Source of the DNA: Vicugna vicugna
Lineage: Eukaryota
DNA length: 64,000 bases
Direction of reading: 5' to 3'
Assembly (NCBI GenBank): GCA_013265495.1
Contig: MU057724.1
Location: 1,875,102-1,939,101 of the forward strand
Shown here one piece after another: positions 50,566-64,000 of this stretch. How positions within the stretch are numbered: position 1 is the stretch's first letter; each line of letters opens with the position of its first letter. Below the pieces are notes generated by a model that worked only from the letters and a program-made list of their open reading frames with translations, had not been told where the DNA came from and did not search any database. The position numbers and the translations under genes were made by a program.

Positions 50566-53500
50566 CAATGTACACGATTATAATATAATCTTAAATCCCA
50601 GAGAACCTTGGAGAAAACGTCACTTACTTTTCAGTGAAGACGCTAACTTAGATCTTCGGTTCTAGACGACAAATTAGTCAGCTAAGTTTGCCTCCTATCT
50701 TTCCTGCCTCTTTATTTGCTCTTGAAATGAAAGTTAAACCTGATAAAAAGGAATTAGCCTAATCAGCAAAGATCACAGGAAAGGGTCTGTCAATGAGAGA
50801 TGATTCCAACCCTTTCTGGAAGATGAGAGGCAGAGGGGACTGACCCATGAAAAGCAGGTCCTATGAAGGGGCTACAGGAGGGTGTGGGCTAGCCTCTCGC
50901 AAACTCCGGCATCTTGGCGCGACAGGTACGGTGTGAGCAGGCGTCCGACACGAGGCTGCAAGCAGGCGTTCAGCACGGCCCAGCGGCACCAGCTGCCCTG
51001 CGCCAGAACCCCTCCGACGGGGCCCACAGAGCACACACGGCTGAGATGTCCACTCGGGCCAAAAGCGAAACAGCTCTTCTCTAAGCAATCTGAACAAACT
51101 GTCAGGAGACCCGAGAATTCTAACGTGTGCGTTTCTACCTCCAGAAAAAGGCCCTTCTCATTTGGTGGAACCCTTGACTTGATCACACAGCCACTCACCA
51201 AGAAGCAAAGAGTCCGGGTCACAAAGACGTCCCTGCTCTCCTCTGCACACAATCTCCTGCCAGAGTTTCCACCCAGAGGAAGGATAAAGATTTTTAAAAA
51301 TCTGACATATGCAATAATGATGAAAAGGCGCATGATATAGCTGATAAAACATAAACGGATTGTTAGGTACATAAGGAGGATGGCCATTATGAAGAGAGAG
51401 ACCAAATACACACATCAAAAACTGACTCCAGAAGAAACAGAGTAAGCTCAAGAAACAAAATACAAATTAAAAGATGACTGTTAAGTAACAGACACTGGGC
51501 GAGATGTTACCTCCACGTGACAGGGAAAAAGGTCCCATGTAAAAAGGTTTTAAATCAGGTGCCCCAGAAAAGACGCTATTCCTCAGCCTCGTTTGCAGCA
51601 AAGACCAGGAGACTCCGCGCTGGACCAGACGGGAGAGCTCGGGTCAGGGCGCTGCTGGGCGTCCCTGCTGAGAACAGCCGGTGTGCACCCAGACTGGGCC
51701 CTCTCCTCTGCCGCATCCTTCCTGCGCGCTGGAGAAGTGGCGGGGCCGTGCGTCCCTGAGGGCGTCGCAGGGTGCACCTGCCGTAGTCCTCCCGGACCAC
51801 CAGCTCTCTGAGCTGCACGTGAGAAATACGTTCCTGTCTTGACTGACCGCTCTTATTTCAGGTCTTTGCTTCTCCCGACACGTGACTTACTCCCCACACC
51901 CCACAATTATTACAGGTTTCTTGAAGACCGTGGACTAATTGCATGTGCTTTGCACCTCGTGACGGCACAACAGTCACTTACCAACCTGAAACGTACTGAC
52001 ATGCGCTGGCGTGTAGAACAGAGCACACCCTTGTCTGTGTGACGTCCTTCCAGCTGCCATCTCTGAGGTCTTTCCACACATCGTCTGTGAAATTCTGGAA
52101 GGAAACGGGCTGAATTGCCCTGTCAGACAGAACTAACGCTAGTTAGACCATCTCACGTGGAAGACGGGGAAAGGCCTTTAAAAAGTCAGATGTGCTCTTC
52201 AAATATTTATCCTATTGTTTATGTGAACGGAAATGAGTGGAGATGTGGAACCAACTTCTTGAATCTTCAGATTCGACCGCCATTGATCCAGGCTTGATTT
52301 ATTTCAGGGAAACACAACATGACTTTCGGTACCTTCCCAACAAAGGACAATCAAATAGAAGTCTCAGATCTGAAGGCTGGGTAGAAAAACAGGTAGTTTT
52401 CACATTATACAGTCACAGAGTCTGAGGAGACGAGTTCAGTCGCTGGTCTAAATAGACGTTAAACGGTGGAATCAATTTTATAAGGATCCAAAAAACGTAT
52501 GTGAGGAGCTGCAGTGGAAATTCAGAAAAACACTGTACCTGTGCCTTTGATGAAAACCCAAACCTGCAGAGCCCAGAGAGTTGGAAACGGGACGGAAGAA
52601 GGCGCCAGAAATGCAAAGGGCGGCCAGGTTGGCAGGTGCGGATGCCAGACCGAGCACCTGCCCCCACCGCTCTGCACACCACACACTCTGGCACGGCCGG
52701 TCACGTCTGCGAAGAACGGCTCTTGTGAGGGAGACGTGACGGGGAGACAAAGGAGACCCAGTCAGCCTGGACTGGGCTGGGCTCAGCGAGGCCACGAGAC
52801 CCTGCTTCCCCAGGAGCCAGCCTACCCGAATGCCATGGGAGGTGAGGTTCCACCAACTGCTGGGGAGCAACAGCTGGCACAAAGGCAAATCGACACCTTC
52901 AAGTGGGTAGATTTATTTTTTTATTACATGAGCATAAACATGGCCATGAAACCCAGAGAGCGTTCAGGGTTTTAAAGACCCAAAAGCTCATTATTCCCAG
53001 AATCTTTGTGGGCATCCCCTGCCCATGTTTTGTTTTTTTTTTTTTTAAGCAAAAGCAGCAGCAGCCGGATGAGCCCTTCAGACAAGCCAAGAGCCAGACT
53101 CCAGGAGAAGACGGACACAGACGCGTACGAAGGTGGGATCAGGCGGAGGTCAGGGGGCTCCTCCCGTCTGCTGGCACGTGAAGGAGACACAGGGAACGAG
53201 ACGGTCCCCACGCCCCAGGGGATGAATCAATACACCTGGTGTCTTTTCAGTTTGCATTTACTGAGGCCCTCGTGAGGTCGAGGTGCTGGCCGGGGAGACA
53301 CTGCCGAGGTGCCAACGGCTGAGAAACCAGCAGGTCCCAGCACGGGTTCATCTCAGGGACCTCGCATCCCCCCACAAGCGTTCTGGGAATTAAGCACGTT
53401 TTAGGCCACTTTATAGATGGCGAACTGAAGCTCAGCATGAGGAGAAAGAGCCAGCCACGGGGTGGATCCAGGGCTCCTGCTCCCTCCTCTGCGCCCCACT

Positions 53501-53938
53501 GTCGCCCACCCACACTAACAGGACAAATGGCCCCACCATGGGGCCCGTCGGGTATGAAAGGCAGTCAGACGTGCGCACACAAAGGGCCGTGTCCTGAGAG
53601 AGAGTCACACACAGAAAGGCAAGTCAGACGCGCTGCTGTGGGAGGGCGCTTCCGCGGTCGGCCGTCAGCACCGTCCCACGCATCGAGCGTCTCACGGTGT
53701 ACTCAGCCCTGCTCCAAGCACACCACACGCTTTCATCTAAATTTCTAGAACTATGAACTAAGCATTATCTTTCTTAGATGCGTTACTGTAAGTCAGTGAC
53801 TTTGAAGTCGCCGTAAATAAGGTGGTTCCCTGTTGCAAATGGTATTTTTAAGCCACTAAAAGTCCGTTGAGAAAAATAAATAACAGTGATAGGTGTTGAG
53901 AGGAGATTTAAAAGAAGAATTAGGAAATACTGCCTTTT

Positions 53939-54042
53939 ACGTGTGTTCACGTTTAACTGAAAAATTGTGCTCGACACTGGAAACTGACACAACATTGTAA
54001 ACTGACTACAACTCAACTCAAGAAAATTAAAAAGAAAAAGAG
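53939..54042 (+). mobile_element. Very short young L1 3' end
   Basis: ctggaaactgacacaacattgtaaactgactacaactcaa plus A-tail. Imperfect TSD aatactgcctttt (53926-53938) / aacactgctttt (54043-54054). Confidence 0.88.
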
Positions 54043-55376
54043 AACACTGCTTTTGTGGCTAGAAAGTTTCTGGTCTGAACAGGAACACGCTGTCACACAG
54101 ACACGCGGCAAATGAAGGAGCAGCTAGGAATTACCACGGAGAAACTATTGATTTCGATATTAACGGGAGGCAAATTGAACGTATTTTGATGGAAATAAGA
54201 GTTTTGATCAGGTGATTTAAGGCGCTTGCCAGGGCAGAATGGAAAGGTGATTATAGGTAAAGGAAGCGGACTAACACTGCAAACAGTAAGAAAGGGCTGA
54301 TTATACCAAGATAAGTGGTGTGGCTCCCTGCGTGGCGCCCGCCAGCGGGGCTGTTCAGTGGGCGTCAGCGCCGGCCTCTCCCCTTCACCCTGCTCTAGTG
54401 GAGACGTGGTCGCAGGAGAGAAAGCACGGCTCCGCCTGCTTTAGGCCACACCGGTCATGTACTGGCTCGCGCTACAGCTGCGGGTCAGAAGCTGCCTCTC
54501 CGCTTCTCAGCCCTTTCCCTCTGGGCCCCTCCCGGGCAGACCCGCTGCGCCCAGCTCTCACTGTCCCAGAACCAAGTCCAGCACCAAACAGAGGTCCCGT
54601 CCTTTCAGAGTCCAAGCAAGCGCCACAGCCCCGGTTCTCCTAGGTGGCAGCGGGGCTGCACGCACACCCACGCACACCGCCCACCACGGAAAGGGCTTCT
54701 GCTTTCAGTCTGGATGAGCTGGGGCCACTCGCGGTTTCTGAGAAACGACCTGAGTCAGTGTTCCGGCGTCACTGTCTCGAGTGGGCAAAGGGAAGTCCCA
54801 CCGGAGGCTGCAGAGTGAGCAGCTGAGCCGGGGGCCAGCCCGGCCCAGGGCCGGGGCGGGGGCTGCGGGCAGTGGGCAGATCCAAGATGCAGCATTTTGA
54901 AGGTGGGGCCCAGATACTTTCCAGGACAACTGGAGGTGGTACCCAAGAGAAGAGGGGATACTGTTTGAAGCCTAAGGACCTGGAAGGACGACTGCCCTGA
55001 GCTGAGCTGGAACAGGTGTCCGCTGGAGAAAGCCGAGATGTGCAGGAGGCAGCAGGTGTGCTGCTGTGTTTGAATCCACAGTCTGAGCTGGGGCTCTCAC
55101 AACATGGATGTATGCAGAAAAGAGACGCGGGCCAAGGAGTGCCTGGAGCCTCCAACGTTGCTTGGGGAGGGGGAGGAAGGACAGGACAGTAAGACAAGTC
55201 AGCGGACAGGGAGGAGGAAGCTCAGGAGTGTGGGGTCGTGATGCCAGACGTCAGAGGAGCAGACAGACGTCCCCACAGCCCACCTCTAACCCCCGCGGTG
55301 CTCCAGGCATCCACACAGGCTTCCCATGCGTCTAAATATTTGGAAGTTGTGAATAAGTTCATAGACTGTTAATTAA

Positions 55377-55468
55377 GGGGGGAGGGTATAGCTCAGGGGC
55401 GGAGTGTGCGCTGAGCATGCATGAGGTCCTGGGTTCAATCCCCAGTACTTCCATTAAAAAAAAAAAAA
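55377..55468 (+). mobile_element. vic-1-like SINE, short form (head plus poly(A) only)
   Basis: ggggagggtatagctcag...gaggtcctgggttcaatccccagtacttccatt then a pure A-run. TSD agactgttaattaa (55363-55376) / agactgtcaactaa (55469-55482). Confidence 0.95.
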
Positions 55469-55734
55469 AGACTGTCAACTAAAACACGTTCCATTCTCTC
55501 GCATCGATGACTATTCCTGCAAAAGAGCCTGGAAGACTGTGTTCAAATCACAAATTCTCAAAGTTCTCCGGGCTCTGCCGGAAACTCAGCCCGGAGCTGC
55601 TGAGCTTCTCTCCCGCACGCAGGGGGTCTTGTGAGCACAAGTGAGGACCTCCCGGCCCAGCCTTACACTTAAGAAAGACCCAGGCCCTTCTCCACGGAGC
55701 CCACCCCACCTCCCCCACAGGAGGTGGTGTGCGG

Positions 55735-56015
55735 GGTCACCGGGGGAAAGCGGGTGGGAAGGGGTAAACTGGGAGTTCAAGACTTGCAGATACTGACTAC
55801 TAGATATAAAGTGGATAAACAAGGTCCTACTGTGCAGCACAGGGAACTGTATTCAGTATCTTGCAGTGACCTATAATGAAAAAGACTATGAAAACGAGTG
55901 TCTGTACATATAGGTACAAACAGGATGCTGTGCAGCACAAATTGACACAACATTGTAAACTGACTACACGTCAATTAAAAACCTGAAAAAATGAAGTTCA
56001 CGTTAAAAAAAAAAA
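55735..56015 (+). mobile_element. Young L1 3' UTR fragment
   Basis: ggtcaccgggggaaagcgggtgggaagggg...attgacacaacattgtaaactgactacacgtcaatt followed by an A-rich tail. Confidence 0.92.
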
Positions 56016-56084
56016 CCTCTCAGCAAGTTTCAACTATGCAATGCCTTGATTCCAACGGGGGGACACAGAAGCCGCAAAGAAGCA

Positions 56085-56310
56085 ACTAACGACTGTGGAC
56101 AGTTTGCTACGTATCAGGTACCGTTCCAAGCACTTTGAGTACAAAATCACAAACTCCTCAGAACTGCCCGCTGAAACAGGTCATCGCCATTCAACAGATT
56201 AAAAAAAAAAATGAGGTACAGAGAGATAAAACAACTCACCCAAAGTCAAGTAGTTATAAAGTGGCAGAGCCAGGATTTTAAGCCCAAAAGTCTAACCATT
56301 ACACTGGACA
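56085..56310 (-). mobile_element. MIR relic
   Basis: tgaggtacagagagataaaacaactcacccaaagtca...agtggcagagccaggattttaagccca. Confidence 0.8.
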
Positions 56311-59300
56311 GCGCCGCGGGGTGGGAGGGGATCTGCAGACGCGCGGCTGGCGTTCCTCGGAATCCCACTAACGGATGTTTGCATCGCTATCTTTAAATTC
56401 GGCTGATACACATTACAACTGATCAAGCACACGGTAAAAAGTCTGAAAGGTTTTAAGAGAGCATGAAATATTCAGCTTGGCTTTTATCCACTTGAGATAG
56501 GAAAAGATACAGCAAAAAAACAGAGAACCCGACGAGGTGGAAGTTGACACTGCTAACCATGTGATTTTCAAACTTCTTGTCGGCATCACTGAGTCACATA
56601 AAATTAGTATAAAAAAACAAACTTAAATATTATGAGGCCCAACTCCATCTCGCTTTAGTTAAGGAACAGTGTTCAGAGATGCCAAGGAACTCGGTACCGT
56701 GTACCACAGCTCTCACCTCAACCCCCACGTCTTAGACTGCCAGTCTTTTCCGTGTATTTTACCCACAGCAGCACAGATTTACTTACCAGATTTCAGAGAG
56801 TCAGTATGCAGAATCATTTAAAGTGAAAATCTACATAAACACGTAGGTTGACATTTTTATACACATATACATGCGTGTGTATATATATATGTTTAAAATA
56901 TTTATGTGTATGCTTAATCTAGTCTACATAATTAAATATAAATAGATTATGGTACATCTTTTCACATTTCAGTTTTTGCATCTTAACACAATATTGCAAT
57001 ATTTGGATTTCAAATGCTGCAAAAAAAATTACGATACCTAAACAAACATTTCCTCAAAACATAAAAGGAGATGGTGATGTGAACACGGAAATAAAGCTAG
57101 GTCTTTCGGCGCCTGGGAAAAAGCAAGTGAACTCAGGGAAGACAGGCACCTCTGAGTTTTCGCTCAGCCCCAAAGAAGTGTTGCTGCGCACTTTTCTATT
57201 TATTTTACACCCATGTGTTACAAGGAAAGTATCACCCGTACGTGTTGAATTCAATTTGCCTTGAACTGAGAGTAATGTAACTGTCAAGGAGTTATTTAAT
57301 GTCCGGCAAGTTTTCTGAGTTTCACAAAGCCTTCCTTCTAACAAGCAAGTGGTGTTTTGCCAGCACAGAACAGAACTTGAACAGGGCAGATTGAGTTTGG
57401 TTCTAAACTTAGAGCACACAGATCTGAGTGGCTGCCAAGCCTGCTGAAATGTGTCTTCTCCAATCTTCTTAAAGTGCATGAGGATTTCAAAAGAAAAATC
57501 ATACAGCTTTCCATTGTGAGCTTTCTCTGAGCATTGAATGCTGAATTGAAAACTGCATATTAAATACAAGAGAGTGATGTGCTTTATCAAGTCCTGGTCT
57601 CAGTATATTTCACTTCAGTCTGTTTTCCCCCAAATGCTATCTTGCAACATTTTCAAGCCTTTGCAGTTCCCTTTCTTTAGACATAAGAATCGATCGTTGC
57701 CGGCCATTCTGCTCTTGAAAATAATCTACCTTTAATAATCAAAGAAGCAGCAAAAAGTGGATCAGGGAAGTATTTTTACAAAAAAGACAATATATAATCA
57801 ATAAGGTTCCTAGTTTCTGATCATACCAAAGAGTCTAAGATGATTCACTCGTCTTGAAGGGGGTGGGGAGGTGTTAGTGAAATCAACAGATTGATTCAGA
57901 CATATGGACTTTCTGGAAGGCGGCGAGAGTGGGAGAGGAGGAAGAAAGGACATTCAAACAGGGGCCGTGTCGCCTGGTTCACTCACTGCCAACACACTGC
58001 AAAACACGGCATGAGAGCTCGCCACGTAAACGGGATGACATTTAGCTGATTCCTTTTGTTCATGTTTTTGAGACTTCGCTGTAATTCACAGAGCAGTACG
58101 AATTCTTGAGCACATTTCTATTCCTTTAGGGAAAAAAAACTTTCTTCACCTAATTTCCAGTCTTAATATTCTGCGCTGCAGCTCAGTGATGCTGAGAAGC
58201 ATTAGGAGGGGCAAAGAGGGTGAAGGAGTTAACACCTTCAAGAATCAATCCTTTAACGATGGGGAAAAGCTGGTATTTGGGGTCATGCTGAGAGGTGGGA
58301 AGGCATTTCTAGGTTTCATTGTTAGTGATCATTTTAACTGACGAAGGGCCAGTTCTCTGTTTCCATCACTGCAATTCCAGGCACTCGCTGCTTTCACACT
58401 TCGGTTTTTTTCCTTTCCTTTCAGGATGTAATCCAGTATGTCTGAAGGTGATTTCTCTACAGGTTTTGCTTCAGTCTTAGGTTAATTATATTTATTTTCG
58501 TAGCACTTTGAATCAATACGCTGGTTCAGAATTTAGAAAACATTTCCTAGCTTTTAGTTTATCAAAAGAGGAAGATTATAAAGTCAGGCTTTTAGGTCGT
58601 GCCATTCGACGTGGAGTTCTGAGTGGGAGAAGCGTGGAATGGTTTCCCAGTCGGTTCAAGTGGGACAGCAGATGCACTGATGGTCACTTTTCCAAATAAT
58701 GTGATGCCATTTCTCAGACATTTGAGAATCAAATCTTATCAGTTTGGAAGGCAGAAAGCATAAATATAGATCATGTAAGCTACCATACTTTTTTGCTTTT
58801 TAAATACTTTTATTTTAAAGATAACACAGGCACACAATAAAAAATCAAACATTCTTACTTTTACCATAAGAATAGCACACTCATATGGGAAAAAACGGAA
58901 ACATTACAGAGAAGAATAAAGTCAAAAGCAACGTTCTTCTGCCTTCATCTCTGCTCTTGCTCCAGGATCCTTTGTGGTCCTTTTTGAAGTGTGAGAAATG
59001 CAGACATTGATGGAAAGCACCCCTGATGACTTCAGAACATTGGCTTCTATCTACAAGACCAGACTAACTAGCCGTCAGTAACCAGGCTCTAACGGCAGAA
59101 CAGCTACGCTCCCATTGTTTGTGTGAGTAAAGGTAGATTCATCTAGAGAGACACATACTGCGTGGACTTACACCGCCGTATTTTTAAAGGCAGATGAAAT
59201 CAGGGTCACTGAGCAAGTCTGCCCGAAACCAAGTCAAACCGAGACACCTGCCTGGCGCCCGGAGTCGCAGAAGCACAAGCTGCCGCCAGGCCGCTGCCGT

Positions 59301-59319
59301 TCAGGCGCTGTTCCCCCAC

Positions 59320-59500
59320 CAACTTGGGTCATTGAGGCAGAGTTTCCTTCTGTTCGCCAAGGTCTCCTCATCTATAAAATTCCACAGTCGTAGCGAAACC
59401 GTGACCTAGGAACAGGATTGTTGTGGGGACTGAATGAGTTAACACTAGGATAAATGCCTGGTACACACAGTAGGCGTTCAGTTCTGGTTAGATACTATTT
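59320..59500 (+). mobile_element. MIR relic
   Basis: tctcctcatctataaaat...aggattgttgtggggactgaatgagttaa...atgcctggtacacacagtaggcgttca. Confidence 0.75.
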
Positions 59501-62500
59501 TGTAGCAAAATTTCCCCGCCGAATTCTGCAAACACAATTCTCCAGCGCCCTTCCGCATGCTTTGCTGAGAACACAGGCAACCCTCGGCGCACGGCGATCT
59601 AGAGGTGAGTTACTCAGGCTTAAAGTATCTGGTAGATTTTACAGGCCGTTCCTTCCAGCACTTGGGGCCAGCAGCGGCCTGTCTTCCAGGCTCACTCGTG
59701 CCCGCCACGTCCTTGGTACCTGAGCCCCCGTCCTCTCCCCCAGCACCAGGCATCCTTTTCCGAAGCCCCCCCCGGTGCAAGCCATGTCAGCTACTCGAGG
59801 GGTGTGCTTCGCGTCCCACAGCGACTGGAGACTGGCCTCTTTAGCACTTAGGTTCTGCCCATCTTTGGCTTCATATATTTTAAGGCCATGTTATTAAGGG
59901 TGTAGACAGTTAGCATTTTTACATCTTTCTGGTGAATTAGCTCATCTTTGGATTCTTTAGGGATCTCTTCCAAGCTGTTTCCCTGTATCTATCTCTGTCT
60001 CATGCTCAGCCCATTAATTAACAACGGAACGACTATCTAAGGTTGGTCACTGTCACGGGCTCTGTTTGGATCAGACGCACGGTGGACAGCTCGATGCTGC
60101 CTGTTTTTAAGTGCACTGTCACATTCCTGGGTGGTTAAACTGGCAAAATATTGTGTTTTTATGGTAATATCAGAATTGGCTTACAACATTTCAGCGAGCG
60201 TTGCCTTTTCATTCATACATCCAACATTTGTTAAGCACAGCCGTGCACTCAGCCTCAGCTAGATGGGAAACCCCTCCCGGCCCTCAGGGCGGCCACACCC
60301 CAGTAAGAGGAGTTGAAGGGTCTCTGGGATGGCAGCATTGTCCGTTCCGAACGTCGCGGTGGATGTGACGTGTGTGTGATTTTTCTCTAATTTCAGGACT
60401 TGCGTGACAGCCCCGAGCCGGGCTAGCCAAAGCAAAGCGAGTCCTGACCCTGTGCTTCCAGCGCGTCTCTGCGGCGCGGTGGAGGGCGGGACCGCTGCAA
60501 AGTCCCGGGCTTCGGTCCGAACGCGGGAGCGCCCGGCGTCCTCCTTCAGAATCTTCCCCAGCTGAAGGCTGGCGGCAACAGGGAGGACACACTCTTCATG
60601 GGCCCTCGCTCCTTGTCACGCCGTCCAGCTCTGCAGACTCCGTCCTGGCGCGGCCGGCAATGACACAGGAGCCGTCTTTCAGCTGCAGTTTCAGACAGCT
60701 GACACTCTTCGCTAGGCTCGTGAGACCAGGGCCGAAGCAGCGTTTCCGGGATGGGGAGATTACAGCCCCCTCTCGCTCATGGGTGCCTCCAGACCCCTGT
60801 TTCTTACTTAACTGAATTGCCAACCTTTGCTTTTCTCTCTTCTCAGCCTCCAGTCGATTGGCGCCTACTGAGAAAAGACACCGGAATGAGGGGAGCAAAG
60901 GAGATTTCACAAGACCAGCTCTGCAAGGAAAAGGACTGGCTCCCGGCTGAGCCGAGCCACGTCTAAGGGTCAGCGCTTCTCCCTCCCCGCGCCCCACCAC
61001 CTTGGAAATCCCTCCTGCTCGGGGCTGCTCGAGTGCAAGCAGGTGAGCGCGGCCAAGGCACGCTTGCGGGGAGGAAACCTGGAGACACCGGCTTGTGCAG
61101 CACACTTCAGACTCTGACAGAAGCAACAGATGGACTCATCCGGAGGAAATGAAGACATTTCAAATGTTCTGCTGTCTTTCGGACCAAATCTACCGACACC
61201 AACGTGCGTTTTTCACTAAGAGGAGAGGTATCACCAGACACGCCGTGGTGTTAAGTGAGTTGATGATCTTTTCTTGCTCAAGATTGTGGTGAAGGAGACT
61301 GTCCCAGAGTGGTGCCAAGAGCTGGTGTCACCCCCCCCCCAGAGACCGGTCATGTTACATCTCTTCAAGTGACGTTTCTTCCCGTAGAAAGTTCCTTTAG
61401 ACATTTTCTCTCACATGCGTGCACAAAAACACGAACTGATAAAACCCAGTATTTATCAGATGCTTCGCCTGCGTGTCAGTCCTGCCAGTGGAGCGTGGAA
61501 ATCTGTTCTGCAGGTGTGAAGTCTGGACTGCAGCGAAGCTAAGTGACTGACCCCAGCTGCGGTGACACCCGGATTCCGCACACTCATCCTCCCACTCAGT
61601 TACTGCAGACCCGTCCCAAACTGGAGGAGACGCTTTGACCACTTCAGAGCAAAACCCAGGAACTGAGTGAAGAGTCGGAAACCCACTCTAAATCGAAGTA
61701 AAGAAATGGAGGCGCTCCTGGCAAAAAACCCCCGCCCCCAAATTACAGGACTGAGAAGTGTCCTACACACGGCCTCCCATAGTAACCTTCCTTAGAGTGG
61801 GTGCTTCTCTCGGACAGAAACTGGTTTAACCAACACCTAGATTGTTTTCACGACTACACTGTGACAGATCAACACGGATGGGGGCTGTTCAGAAACTGTG
61901 ACCCCTCCCAGATCAAAGGGCGTAAACACGGCACAGTCATTGATGCCGACTGAAACTCTCTTTCCAAAAAATGTGTGTGATGAACACGATACCCCATTTT
62001 AATTGTCAAAACACAGCATCCAACAAAGGAGAATGTCCCCAAAGAGGAGCAACGGCTTAAGACCATGAGACCCAGAGACCAAACAGCATTTGGCCATCTC
62101 TCCTGGGCCTTTTTTTCAGTGTGACTAGTAGTTGAAATCAATTAGTAATTTTCAAAAAATCTTACTAAACCTGTAGCCTTTGGAGCAGGGGAATGACCGC
62201 TGATACATGGTGCCTGAGCCACTAGACCCTGGAGCCTTCCCCTTTCCCAGCCTGTGACCCTGACCTAGACTGGAACTCCGCTCTGCAGGAGGAAGACAGG
62301 TGGCCACAGTGTTTTCTCGACGTTGGAAACACTTCGATTGACTTTGCATAAATTAGAAGCTCAGTGAAGCTTACTGAGGAGATCCCTGAGCTAGTGTCTC
62401 TGCAGGATCATGATACTGCTTTCGCTTGGGAGTTTGATGTTAAGACAGGGTCTTGGCTGTTTCTCTGTCTGGTTTCAGATCCTGTGTTCCACCTTGAAGC

Positions 62501-62934
62501 TAATTAAATGCAGTCTGGCTGCATGCGGTTTGTTCTCTAAGTTCCAACCCCGGTCTCGTGTGGGAAGCACCGTGGCAAGTGTCACAGGGAACCCCTGCCC
62601 ATCAGCGCGCACTTTGGTTTTTTCCGTTAGGCATCCCAACATGCAAAAATAGAAGGAAAAAAAACTATTTATCATCAGAAAAACCAGTGTCAGAAAAACT
62701 GCTGTTCAATTTCTAAAAGATGGAAAATAGTCTTAAATGTTTTGACAGAGAACAAAATTCACAAACAAATGGAGAATTTGTGAATAACAACAAAATTTGG
62801 AGAAACGTTACAACCCAAAAATGTTCACCAGCTGCTTAGAATTCGAAATTCTGGTGCTTCTTGTGGATCCTTCAGTTCCACAGCACACACGAACACAACG
62901 GCCAACAGAGGCCTAAAACGAGGGTGTGAGGACG

Positions 62935-63270
62935 AATCAGAGGGACGTTTCCTGAGGGACCCCAAATACGTCACGCCGAAGCTGGGGGAGCACTTGGGCT
63001 TCACTCACGAAGCGGTCCAAGCGTGAGCTGCTGGTCAGGGGCAGCTCCGTGCCCCGTGGTGACTCAGGGATCCAGGCTCCCTCCATATTGTGGTCCCAGC
63101 ATCCCCTAGAGCCTGGAGCCTCCTCACCTGCGTTCAGGTGACCCAAGGAGGGAGGGACCACAGGACTCACACCCACTCTGCATCCCAGCCGTGGTGCACA
63201 CACCCCTCTTCCTCTCACGACTGCTCCACCATCGAGAAACGGCCACCTGGCCATCCTCAGCAGCAAAAGG
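62935..63270 (-). mobile_element. Old MaLR LTR relic (MLT1J/K-like)
   Basis: ggcagctcc...gtgactcagggatccaggctccctccatattgtgg is a characteristic reversed MLT1J/K block. Confidence 0.65.
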
Positions 63271-63449
63271 ACTCGTGAGTGTAGTCCTTAGCTGGACAGC
63301 CACGTTTGAGCGGTAAACCAGCTGGTAAACCATGATCACTGAAAACGGGGCAGCCAGAGTCTAGTGGCCCAAAGACAGGAAAAGACAGACATGATTTCAT
63401 ATTAACATCCATCAGAATAGAAATGAAAGGAGTTCTATTTCAATAACGA

Positions 63450-63908
63450 GGCCGGTTGCTAGCTGTCCCTCACATCACCTCTCCCCTGTTGCTATTATTC
63501 TAGGACGTCTGAATTTTAACCACGCCCACGGCTTCCCAGAGACCCACATTCTAGCCTCCTGCTTGGCTGTGGCCCTGTCCTAAGTTCCGGCCAAGGAGAG
63601 GCGCGTGGACGTGCGTGCGCTGTTTCTGAGCTGTGACCCGGCAGGGAACAGGGCTGCTCTCTCCTTCCGACCGAGTCCCTTCCTCTAACTTGGAGGGCGT
63701 AAGCCGAGCGCGCCGGGAAGCCCCCTGGGGCCGCGCTGCGGAGAGTAAACCCCTGTGTCGGGGAGCGAAGAGACCCCGGGGCTCTGATCTGACGACAGAC
63801 CTGCCTACTTATGCCGACAGTTAAATGAGAGAGAAACACACTTGATCTTGTTTAAATCTCTGTTTTCCACAAATCTCCACTACAGATGCCAAACCTATAA
63901 CTAATACA
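63450..63908 (+). mobile_element. Old MaLR LTR relic (MLT1I/J-like)
   Basis: tgtggccctgtcctaagttccggccaaggagag...atgagagagaaacacacttgatcttgtttaa, ending aactaataca. Confidence 0.7.
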
Positions 63909-64000
63909 TATGGCGAACAATATGGAATCCTGTTCATCCCCAGCTCAACATTTAAAATGCTGTAAAAAGGGGATGAAAGAAAAGAACTCGGGCCAAAGAT

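Noticed and set aside
55377..55452. tRNA genes (also at 4743, 9420, 11999, 24305 and 33163)
   Set aside because: A and B boxes are present, but the copies are diverged and carry A-rich tails, several with TSDs. They are tRNA-derived SINEs.
57054..57590. 178-aa minus-strand ORF in relatively AT-rich DNA
   Set aside because: It starts at TTG, has no recognisable domain and no clear splice boundaries. A BLASTP or PhyloCSF hit would be needed to revive it.
62757..62785. Hairpin attcacaaa-N11-tttgtgaat as a terminator or miRNA
   Set aside because: A 9-bp AT-rich stem is too short and is expected by chance.
1..64000. Assignment of a host gene symbol or a novel multi-gene system
   Set aside because: No exon could be matched to a protein or transcript I recognise, and nothing resembles an operon, defence system or intact autonomous element.

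Overview
This is mammalian, essentially non-coding DNA, not a prokaryotic locus. It is very likely camelid (alpaca, llama or camel): six copies of a tRNA-derived SINE match the vic-1 family as I recall it, alongside a young lineage-specific L1 3' end. The window is GC-rich intronic or intergenic sequence containing young 5'-truncated L1s (several with visible TSDs), old L1M, MLT1, MIR, L2 and MER58B relics, a 37-bp minisatellite, two large purine microsatellites and several CpG-rich promoter/enhancer-like patches. I cannot support any protein-coding gene; the only recognisable peptides are decayed L1 ORF2 fragments. I found no convincing new biological system. The most unusual observations are (1) a SINE split in two by a ~410-bp insert that looks like an mRNA 3' end, (2) sharply localised AT->GC conversion of repeats suggesting GC-biased gene conversion, (3) L1 insertions with short 3' transductions, (4) a tandemly repeated E-box/GATA composite motif, and (5) several small candidate minus-strand exons and two promoter-like CpG patches of an unidentified transcript. 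Repeat family names come from recalled consensus sequences and boundaries of old repeats are approximate.
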